NCBI GenBank assembly: GCA_964035545.1
Contig: OZ037770.1
Span: 13,134,642-13,198,641 of the forward strand
Direction: 5' to 3'
DNA length: 64,000 bases
From: Bugula neritina
Taxonomy: Eukaryota; Animalia; Bryozoa
Shown: positions 1-18,569 of the stretch, in pieces
How positions within the stretch are numbered: position 1 is the first letter of the stretch
Layout: each line of letters begins with the position of its first letter
The notes under the pieces: generated by a model
What the model saw: only the letters and a program-made list of their open reading frames with translations
The model's database searches: none
What the model was told of the DNA's origin: nothing
Position numbers and translations under genes: made by a program

Positions 1-2297
1 TATGTTTAATGAATCTAATACTACAAACTGAATTATATTTACATATCTGGATAGGGTGGTGCAGCATTTTGGAGAAATTTGTATTATAACGGAACACCAA
101 ATCCGTTAAGCCTGCACGCAGCATGCCCTGTGCTAAAGGGTTACAAATGGGGTATGTTGATTTGTATATTATTTACTGGGAGTATATATGGTTTTATTTT
201 TTTACAATTTATTTACATTTTCTTCTGTGCCACTATGACAAAAGTTCCATATTTTATTTTTCAGCCAGTAACAAATGGTTTCATCAACACAGAAATGAAT
301 TCAAGTGGCCATGTAAACTCAACAGTGAATTGTAACAACTGGGTTCAAAGAAACCTGAACAAAAATCAACCCATATGCTCCATAATTATTTACAAAAATA
401 AAAATATTAAACTAAAAAAATCAATTAATAATTTTATAATGAGTAAAACAATATAACATATTTTATAAGAAACAAAACAGAGTTATTTTATGGTGTAAAG
501 AACTGTAACAATTTCCATGACAACTAAGAGAAATGACATTTGTAGGTGTAAGAAAATTGAATGAAGTAAACATACATATAGCATTGAACCCGCTGCATGT
601 AGTTAGTATAAGTGTATATGTATAAAACAGATAGGCACCAGGGGTAGTTCCGGTTATCAACAATACTGCAGGGTTGAATTAGGCTGGTCTCTGCTACCAC
701 CCGCAAATATGTAAACTTCAAGTAGTTTGGCTCAGTGTATAGAAAGAAGCTGCTGTAGACGAACTATATAAGCAGGTTTGGCATGGAAACCACCAGCTAA
801 CAGAGCTGCCATATTGAGATCTAGCTAACTAACACATGTCATCTTAGAGCTGTTCCCATTTCTCTCAGAATATTTCTCCAGAGTTGTCTCCTCTGAGCTG
901 GTGACTGCAATCAGAATAACTAACATTTGTCTCAACTCCACAGACAATTTATAGCCATTATAGTTTCAGGAAGATAAAAGAGGTATAAGACTTGAAGTGA
1001 CATGAACAAGTACCGAGCTTTAATTCATTTTTAACTGAAATCATATGGATTGTATAAAATTATTTTCCAATAGTAAAATAAGCCTTTTTGCAACCTAATG
1101 AGTCCAAAAATTCAATTACATAACTGAGAGCTGTAGCTGATATTTTACAATGCAAAGCAACCCAGTAAAATTTTAAACTTGGCCAAACTGAATTTTTGAC
1201 TTGAAAATCATGAAGGAATAAACAAACCCTTACAGACATTAGAATAATGGTATCAAGTGTTAGACAAGTTGTATGACAGACATAAAAAGATAGACATAGA
1301 GGCACACATTTTTAATCCAAAATTCAGGCAGTTACCTGCAAAGTTGTCACTGCTAGGAACATCTGGTATCTCCCTGGGTAGTTGACACTAGGTGCAGGGT
1401 GTTACTGCAGCCGTCCCTTCCTCATAGTTCTAGTTCACACATTATTCCTAGTTTAAAATATAACAACTTTATATTACGAGATAGTTAACTCAATAGCACT
1501 TCAATTCAACCACATAGAGTCTGAGTGCATTGATAGACTTAATTCCAGCTTGGAAAACTTTGATGGCTTCCTTACTTCCTCAACAAACGCAGGTTATTAT
1601 TGCCATTAGAATGTAATAGCATAATGATTTAAGCACAGCATAATTAGTGATTAGCTACTTAACATGAGAATTAACAGACATTAGCTGCCTAATAGCTGGG
1701 AATAACCAGCTATTAGCTGCCCAATAGCTGGGAATAATCCAGTCTTTTAGGTAGGAAATAACTGCTGCAGCTTTAGGGAGGCAACTACCATGTAATTTTC
1801 GAGCAAAAGAATTTCAAGTAAAAATAAGACTCGAGTTACCAGAAAATAGAAAGCTGAGCAGGAGTTTGGTTCTCCAAAAATTCCCACGAGACCATCTCTG
1901 CAAACAGCGTGTATAAACCTCAGCCTATAAAAGAGGTAATGCAGTTTTCTAAAAAATAAAACTATTAGTATGGAACATCAAAAGAGCACAACTTCAATCA
2001 TAAACACAGATCTAGCAAGCTTTACATATTTTCTGTATAAATTATTCCAAGCGTTGATATCATTTTGTGTTGATAGCATTTTGCAGTAAGTCACGTCTGC
2101 ATAGCGACTGAGCGAGAGTTTGTGGCAAATAATAATTCAGTCATCTCTCACCTGTACACAACATACAAAGAACTGGCTACAGTACACTCATTTCAGTGGT
2201 AGTCATCACAGCATTCAGTACCATTTTCCTACTCTGTCCGAAGTCTTAGCAGCCATATTGCAATAACAACCTTACCATTCACACTATCCATTATGAA

Positions 2298-2506
2298 ACA
2301 GCCAATCAGAACTAGTGCTTCACTGACATCATCCAATCAGAACTAGTGCTTCACTAACATCAGCCAATCAGCACTATTTTTAGACCAACATCATCCAATC
2401 AGCATTTGCTTTTCACCAGCATCTGTTAACTGCTTCCGCCAATCAATCAGAGTCTTGCTTTCACCCACCAAATCACAAATGTTCCACATCGGAGTTGACC
2501 AATCAG
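2298..2506 (+). repeat. Degenerate ~31-bp tandem repeat carrying CCAATCAG (CCAAT-box array)
   Basis: CCAATCA at 2302, 2333, 2364 and 2395 (exact 31-bp spacing), plus 2439 and 2499; the first two units share ccaatcagaactagtgcttcact. Confidence 0.8.
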
Positions 2507-3009
2507 CAATTCTATCAGTGATTTATTCTAACTACATGTAGAGCACAGCATGCTGTAGGCTGTAATATCTCTACGCCTATTACTAAACAACTTTAACTTG
2601 TTCCTCATCCAAATAATTTTTTCGAGTTGATTTTACTAAAAAAAGTGTATGTGCATGTGTTCAAGTCTGAAGTAAGATTTATTCACATTTGCAAGCTGTG
2701 TTATGGCTTTGGTAAGTTAATAGTTCAGCAACTGCTTGTTTATCTCAGCTGTAACTGTAATTGTATGATGTGCACAAAGTGCAATTGAAATAGAATTATA
2801 AGAACTTAATTTACAAGAATGGAAAATAAGCAATTTTATTTCATGAACGTTTAAAGGTGATTTTAATTTTTGCCTTATTGGCTATAGAAATATTTGCTTG
2901 TTCAGCATTAATTTTCAGTGCGGTGTATTTACCAGGGTTGGTATAAGATGTTGATATTTCAACTACCTATTGCTGAGAACAAGGCTTGAACATGATTTGT
3001 GTGGTGGAA

Positions 3010-3260
3010 TAAGTAAATGAGTGAGTTAGTATGAGATTGAATTAGTAAGAGAGTGAATGAGTGAGTGAGTGAGTGAGTGAGTGAGTGAGTGAGTGAGTAT
3101 GAGGGTGAATAGATGAGTAACTGAGTGAGTGAGTGAATGAGTAACTGAGTGAGTGAGTAAATGAATAAGTGGGTGAGTGAGTGAGTGATGAGTAAGTAAG
3201 TGAGTGAGTGAGTGATGAGTAAATGAATAAGTGTGAGTGAGTGAGTGTGTGTGTGAATGA
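3010..3260. repeat. (TGAG)n-type imperfect microsatellite downstream of the TDP-43 stop; reads (CUCA)n on the TDP-43 sense strand
   Basis: Visible gagtgagtgagt array with tgaa/tgag variants; explains spurious ORF 2959..3351. Confidence 0.95.
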
Positions 3261-3830
3261 AAATGTTGTTTATCACAATGATTAGCTTATTTATTATTAA
3301 ACTCATCATCATAAGTTTGCACCTGGACCACTCTGTTTCAACTTCCCTCACTCAGTCTCATTATCTCAATATAACAGCCAATACTTGCTGAATTGTGCAC
3401 TTCACTTCATCATCTTGCAGACAACACCAATATAACCATCGCATAGTATACACCATCTATAGCATTGTATTTATGATACAGCAAACAAACAGACATACAG
3501 ACAGACAAATGTCATGTACATTGTACATAAAACTTAAACATGTTACATTTCGAACCACACAGTATCCAATACTTGCCACAACTGCATCAAACAGTACACA
3601 ATCGAATGTTCATATTTACAAAGTATATCTATGGTACCACCGCTTGTAGTCTCTATCATACAAGACAGTACCACGAGTCACACGCCTGTCACACTAATGC
3701 CAATGTTTGTATGTCGAGAATAACTATATAATACTCAAACATTTGACAATAAGTACAGGTGTTAGAAAATTAAAGCTAGTTGAGTAGCTGTAACCACTAT
3801 AGACTTTCTTAAAAAAAACCTGAGTGTGAG

Positions 3831-6800
3831 TTAGTTAGTGCTGTGTTGTGACCAGCCACTAGCGCCTTTCGCGTCTTTAGACTCCGCCGTGCTCGAGTTT
3901 GTAGACCAGGGTGCGGGTGCCGGGGCCGACCCATTGTTATATCCACCACTATAGCTTCCTTGGTTATATCCACCGCCATAACTTCCATATCCGCCGCTAC
4001 TTTGATTTTGTGGGCTGCCATAACCAGACTGTGACCCATTGCCGCTGCCATTTCCTTGAAAGCCGCCCATGTTTCCCATGTTGCCATTCATCATGGGAAA
4101 CATGCCCTGACTGGCTGCCAGTGCCGCAAACATAGCGGGGTTCATGGGGAAGCCATTCATGTTGAATCCACCCCCTCCCCCGCCGCCCATGTTACCAGAC
4201 ATGTTACCTTGGTGCATGCCCTGGGACTGGTTGGCGCCAGACATCTGCTGGTTGCCTCTGTTGGAAGGGCCGGACCCTCGGTAGCTTCGGCCTCCTCGGA
4301 AATCATCTCCTCCTCCTTTGTTGTGACGGTTGTTATCCTTCGGGTCGGCAGAGCTGGAGATGGAAACAAAGTTCATAGAGATGTCAAAGGTTAAAGAGAT
4401 GTCAAAGGTTACAGAGATTTCATGAGTTGGTGACACTTGTGGGCACTGTGCTGGTGACACCAAGGTGTCAGTGATGCATATAAAGCCCACCTTATGTTTA
4501 CGCTGGCATTGTTGATGATATGATCCTGTCCACAGAGACTAGCAGCCACATTCGGACTGGCAAAGGTAACAAACGCAAAAGCTCTGAATGGTTTAGGAAT
4601 ATATACGTCAACAACCTGCAATCATACACAGTATACATATAATATACACAGTATACATATAATATACGCAGTATACATATAATATACACAGTATACATAT
4701 AATATACACCGTATACATAGAATATACACAGTATACATATAATATACACAGTACACATATAATATACACAGTATACATATAATATACACAGTATACATAC
4801 AATATACACAGTATACATACAATATACACAGTATACATATAATATACACAGTATACATACAATATACACAGTATACATACAATATACACAGTATACATAT
4901 AATATACACAGTATACATAGAATATACACAGTATACATATAATATACACAGTATACATACAATATACACAGTATACATACAATATACACAGTATACATAT
5001 AATATACACAGTATACATACAATATAGACAGTATACATATAATATACACAGTATACATATAATATACACAGTATACATATAATATACACAGTATACATAC
5101 AATATACACAGTATACATACAATATAGACAGTATACATATAATATACACAGTATACATATAATATACACAGTATACATAGAATATACACAGTATACATAG
5201 AATATACACAGTATACATATAATATAGACAGTATACATATAATATACACAGTATACATATAATATACACAGTATACATATAATATACACAGTATACATAC
5301 AATATACACAGTATACATATAATATACACAGTATACATATAATATAGACAGTATACATACAATATACACAGTATACATATAATATACACAGTATACATAT
5401 AATATACACAGTATACATATAATATACACAGTATACATATAATATACACAGTATACATATAATATAGACAGTATACATATAATATAGACAGTATACATAC
5501 AATATACACAGTATACATATAATATACACAGTATACATAATTATAATATACACAGTATACATATAATATACACAGTATACATATAATATAGACAGTATAC
5601 ATATAATATACACAGTATACATATAATATACACAGTATACATATAATATACACAGTATACATATAATATAGACAGTATACATATAATATACACAGTATAC
5701 ATACAATATACACAATATACACAGTATACATACAATATACACAGTATACATACAATATACACAGTATACATATAATATAGACAGTATACATATAATATAC
5801 ACAGTATACATACAATATACACAATATACACAGTATACATATAATATACACAGTATACATACAATATACACAGTATACATATAATATAGACAGGAAATAA
5901 AACTGACCTCTCCAAACTTTGAGAAGTAATCTCGAAGATCTTCCTGGGTAACTTCCTCCGTGCACCTTCCCACGAATATCTTCCTGTTCAGGATGTCGGA
6001 GTCGGCTGAGCCCTGCAGGTGGGAATGTCAGAGAGTTGCAGTGAGTAACATTCTTGACTACATAGTCGGTACAACACAGCAGAGTATAACAGGAAATGAG
6101 GTCACGCACGGCAAAGTACAGCAGTAAACAACGTGACGCACGACATAGTGTAACAGGAAATGAGGACACTTACACGATTAGTGTTAGAGTTGGGCAGCTT
6201 CACTTCACACCATCGTCCACAGACCATGTGTCGCTGGGAGAGTATTTTAATCTGGGCATCGTAATCGGCCATTCTGATAAAGCCAAAGCCTTTAGATCTC
6301 TGGGAGTCATGGTCCCTTTTTATCTACATCACACGTACATTCTAGGATAGGAATACAATGAGAATACACTGCAATCAGGGTTGAGGTCAACTACATATGA
6401 ATGTAATTAATTACATATGCAAATTACATAAAAATCTGTCAATTACAATGATAATTACAGTTAAAAACTAATGTTTTTAATTAAAATCACATGGTAATGT
6501 AATTTATTACAATTACAATTTTATATATCAGTTACTTAAAAAATGTAATTAATTTAAGCCAATTATAAATCACAATTACCCCAACCCTGAGTTTTCAATA
6601 CAGAATACTCCAAGACAAATAACAGAACAATATATAACACTTGTATAACTTCTGATACCAATTATGGTGAACAAACACAACATGCTTCGGGGAGGATAAT
6701 TATAAGCAATAAGCTGAATGTATTGCTTAGAACTTATCAAGTAATCAAAGCTTGCACCCATTCTTTCCCCAACCTTCTTCATGGACACAAAAAATGCAAT

Positions 6801-8789
6801 CTCAAATGCTTCAACATCTACAGATAAATAGATTCAATAGCAACCCTGGTTTGGCTGGTTACATGACCACAAACCTTTAAACCTATCATCATCTGGTCAT
6901 TCAATAAACCCTCCCCTCACATTACCAACCTGCGTCATCATGATTACCAACCTGTGTCATCAACACGGTGCCGAATGTCTCGAAATACTCCTTGATATCC
7001 GACTCCTCCGCCGTGTACGCCAGACCCAAGAGCACCAGGTCAGTCGTCTTCTGACTCTCAATGTACTCAGTAGCCTGTCTCTTCACCTTGGCATTGGTGC
7101 TGGGCACATCTGGTTCCCCCTTTCTCTTGCCGTCTACAAAGAATTCTACACACCCTCAACAAAGCATGTAATGCAACTTTTGACTTTAAAATTATGCCAT
7201 GGTAAAATTCTGGACTTTTCAGATCCACTTGCTACTTGCAATGAAACAAAATTGTATTTCTTGGCGAATAGATTAAACCATAAAATGTTTTTAGATTCAC
7301 AGCAGCAGTAAATTTGTGTGAAAATTAAAACTAGTCTAGGTACAGTTTATATGTAATGGTAACTTGTTGAGAATAGTTCAATGTAGCCTGTGAACTGACT
7401 TAGTGCAGCCTGTGAACTCGCTCAGTGTTGCCTGTGAACTCACTCAATGTAGCCTGTGAACTCACTCAATGTAGCCTATAAACTCACCTTTAGGGTAGAC
7501 TACACAGAACACCAACGTCTCGGACCAGATACCATCTGGAGCTTGCAGTTTGCCATCCACCACCCTCACACCTCGCCAGTTACCTGTACTCTCATTCCTA
7601 CGCAGAGACAACAACACCTCTGTACACAACGGCTCACTACTCAGATGGAGCTACTCGATAAATGACATGCTCAAAACATATGAGGTACTTTCATAGAAAG
7701 CAAGGTTTTTTAAGTTTGTTAGCCAAATATGTTGAAAAGCAGAATGCTAAAGCCGCACTGCACCACGAATTACGAGTCTGTTTCGCGTTCATCATGAACT
7801 ATTAAGGAATGTAACTGCCAACACTCAACCTGTATTTCAGCCCTGTGGCACCAGGAAACTGGGCAGAGAGAGTAGTTATAAGTAAAGTACCATCAGACTC
7901 GACTGGCAGTTCTATTGCATCATCAAATTCCTCTTCAACCACCTGCAACGGCAGATATTTCAAGAATAAACTCTTGGGTCTATTGTCACCATTGGTATAA
8001 GTATCATTGCCATTGTCTTGTGATCACATCAGTTACTGATAGTGATAGTCAATATATTATTATTCATATTGCACCATTTTATTCTCACCACAATGTTAGT
8101 TTAGAAACTTCTGTAGTGAAAACTATTAATTACTAGTTAGTGATTATTACTACGGGTTGAACTTGCAGACAAGTTCAAGTTGAAGACAGCTATCTGTTAA
8201 AAATAAGTGTTATTCTAATTCAATTTGAATTACCATGAAATTAAATTTAAACTGTGACTGAAACTGAGAGTGTAGAAAACCCTGCATATATTAATTAGTA
8301 GAAGTGTCTAATCTGAATCTCAGCATGAATGTTTCTATTAGTATAAGTATAACTATAAGTATATGACTATGAGTATGAGTAATAGACTCAGAGTTAGCCG
8401 TAAGGAGTATAAAATTAAATATTATCATAATCATTATGATGAAGTTTTAATTTAAATTTATATAATAATAATATGATCATAATGATAAACATTTTATTAA
8501 ATTTAAAATTAATAATATCATAGAGTTTAAATAATGAATATAATAAAATTCAATTAAATAATATAATTTACATTACTTGACTTAGGTATTTGACTTTGAG
8601 AATCAGAATGATCAAATTTATTTGCAATGTCTCAATGAATATGATAATATTAATAATATTGATAATCAATCAGTATCACACTCACAGTGACCGCCAGAAT
8701 GACTAAGTTATACAGCGAAAGTGAATCATGACTGTTACTGTAACAATGAAAGCTCTTACCTGTATGTACTGTGTCTGAGTTGGGTCCAT
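3831..8789 (-). CDS. TARDBP: TAR DNA-binding protein 43 (TDP-43) orthologue, 8 coding exons, ~445 aa
   Basis: Exons 8789-8760, 7942-7830, 7597-7488, 7133-6952, 6323-6174, 6012-5908, 4615-4491, 4353-3831 (all GT-AG, 1338 nt, in phase). [32 protein letters not shown]...[15 protein letters not shown]; bipartite NLS GKRK...KVKR; RRM1 [10 protein letters not shown]...SKGFGFIR...[18 protein letters not shown]; RRM2 [10 protein letters not shown]...[13 protein letters not shown]; G/N/Q/M-rich tail with helix-like [13 protein letters not shown]. Confidence 0.97.
4622..5892. repeat. 20-bp minisatellite (~63 copies; + strand AATATACACAGTATACATAT) filling TDP-43 intron 6
   Basis: Direct reading; variants ACATAC/ACATAG/ATAGAC and a few short indels. 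Generates the long low-complexity ORFs 4498..5973, 4608..5498 and 4622..6169. Confidence 0.98.
7381..7487 (-). repeat. 22-bp tandem repeat (~5 copies) reiterating the intron 3 splice donor of TDP-43
   Basis: Sense strand gtgagtttataggctacattga / gtgagttcacaggctacattga / gtgagttcacaggcaacactga...; GTGAGT starts at 7487, 7465 and 7443. Confidence 0.9.
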
Positions 8790-10485
8790 TATATCAACCG
8801 CTCTGAGTATTGCAGTTACTATAACTAATAACGTTACAAATTAGTATTACGTTGATAATTGATAGCTGTAGTGAAGAGTCAATATGGCATCTGATATAGA
8901 CTTTTTGAGTTATTTAAAAAAAGAATTACTATTTTGATGAATTATGCCGACAATTAGAAGGCGGCAATAAATTTCTTGGCAAACACAAAGTGTTGAGCTC
9001 ACAACTCTTAATTTCAAAACTATGTTTTTGTCATTAGATATATATGTAATTAATTTAATTTAAGCTAATTATAATTATGAGTGATCTAGTGCACAAACAT
9101 GAAAGATAACACCAATGTCATTAAAAATCAATATCCAGAAATTAAATTTTAGATCATAACGTTGTAGTTCAATGTTGACATAAAACCATAGAAAGTAATA
9201 ATTGTTAACATAAATGTATATATTGCAAATTTTATAAATACATTTTGTAGCAAAGTATTTTATCATAATACTGGTAATTAAGAAAATATTTTGTCATAAA
9301 AAGTATAGGCTTATAATAATTATGTTGCTTTAATGTAAGTTTTGGTCATGACATCAAAGAAAATGCTTTTAGGGAAATTTAACATCAATACCCAATGATT
9401 ACAAAATTGCTAACTGCAAAATTATTTGAAAGTACAATGAACAATTATGACTATTAAAACATAAACCGATGCACATTTATGCAAAAATATAAATGCAATG
9501 ACCTTAGTATATTATTTAGATGTGTATATGAAATCAATAAAAAGTAATCACACTAAGAGCTAAATAAGATATTACACTACTGTGCTGCAAGATCACCATA
9601 TCATCAACTTAATTACTATGAAGACTAAACGTAAGGAATACATGTATGCACATGTGTCTTGTAATTATAGCCTACATATGCACTTAGAAACTAGCACACA
9701 ATTCAATATCTATTTCATATTTGTACATGTAAAAGTGCTTACTACTGCAAGCTGCATTTCTGACATGTTTTTAATGTCTAGTAACTGCTGACTTTTTAAA
9801 CAATAACTGTTGAAGGATGATCATCTTGCTGACGTTTAGGTCATTACTTCCTACAATTATATAAACGTAAGTTGCACTAAAATAATATATTCAGAAAAAA
9901 TTTTTCCTTTAGTTGCTTACTTATTAGAAGTGATTAGTTTATTGTGGTAACTGTAAAAGCTAGCTAACATTATTATATTGGAAAGTTTTAAGATGAAAAA
10001 CACACCCAATGCACAATTTTTATATAATTATTCATTTTACTTTATGTTTTTATTATTGACACTGGTGTGTTTGCAAATATTATTGTACAATTATGTTTTT
10101 AAGATACAATAGCAAAATTTATGGTCTATAAGTCAAATATAATTATTAATTAATTTTATTCTGTACCTAAAATGCAGTATGAGTTTCCTCTCTTACACAT
10201 CCTAGTCATCCTAGTTCTAGTATTTATAGAGCTTTGTAAATATGCATGGGAATTCGTTGTGATAAACTGAGAGTGTTATTATAAATTATATAGTTATCAT
10301 ATCACATCAAATTATAGAATGCTAATATATTTTTTAGTGAGGCGTTACCATGCAGTGAAGAGACCATAACTCTCCAGCTGTTAAAACACTTGCATACGTA
10401 TAATATTTGCCGGAACAATATAGCTACTGCATGTAGCATTGTGTTATTATTGGTTTTTATTCAGAACTCATTAACTTCGTCTGAC

Positions 10486-17475
<6,990 letters not shown>

Positions 17476-18569
17476 TGGAGAATTGTAACGGAGCAAGTTT
17501 TATTGATTTAGTCTCAAGTTTTACCTACTTGTCCATCTATGAGACTATTTGTAACTATATTTGATTAGAGAGAATATCTACAGCGCTTCTGTTGTTAAGT
17601 ATTGTACTAATGAGTATTTGTGGGTGGACTTGTTTAGTATATAGCTGTTTTATACTAGCTCATATATGAATGTCTTGTTTTCTATTTTGAGGGTTAGTAT
17701 TGCATGAGCACAATAAGAAAGTATAGCATTTATTAAATTAAGTGAAATAAATTTTAGAATGAATCAGGTGTGAGAAATTTATGAGTTATGTTTACTGTTT
17801 AGCCACAGCCGGAGTATATTCTTTAAATGGTTATATTTCAATTACCTTCATGGAGCTAGGCTTTTGTTTAATAACACATATAACTTTTATTCATAATAAT
17901 ATAAAGATGTATACAAGGTTACAGGCATCTAATGCTTGAAATATGCAATGCGTTATTTTATAGTTTCATTTTATAAATAATTAAATTTGACTTGATAATA
18001 AAAGTTAGGACCTTGATTACAGCATTGGATTCTTATTCGCCATTTCTATTGAATGCGGAACTTAACACAGCTGGGTGCATAACTCCTCAACATTGACCAA
18101 TGATGTAACTAATAGCATCCATTTAGTAGAAGCTCTCAGACTAGTAAACAATGGTTATAAAAAACCGGTAATATGTTACTTTTTTGCAAGCAAGCAACAC
18201 TGTGCTTGTGCATATTTTTATTAGCTTTGTTAGAATCGAACTAACATGGGTTATAAAATCAACAAGTACTGTAAAAGCAACAAATTTAAAAAACTCAACA
18301 AATTAACATTTTTCTAAGTAAATAAGCATTTTTTGAAGCAAAAAAATTATCAGAACACATCATGGTACATAATTTATTATTCTAAATCTAGTATTGCAAA
18401 TAAAAAACAATATTAATACCAATTATAAAAGCAGCATTGAAAATTCTCAAATCAGTTTTACAACTTATAGAATCACTATTACAAATTATGAAATCAGTAT
18501 TCAAATTATAAAAGCAGCATTATAAATTATAAATTCAGTAATACAGCCTATAAAGTTAGTATTACAGTT

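Noticed and set aside
79-1305. Short ORFs at the start of the window
   Set aside because: No recognisable motifs or consistent exon structure; likely distal 3' UTR or intergenic sequence.
4622-5892. CRISPR-like array
   Set aside because: Contiguous tandem units with no unique spacers, inside a eukaryotic intron, and no cas genes.
4498-6169. Long 296-515 aa ORFs as independent genes
   Set aside because: They are translations of the 20-bp intronic minisatellite, relevant only as a hypothetical intron-retention product.
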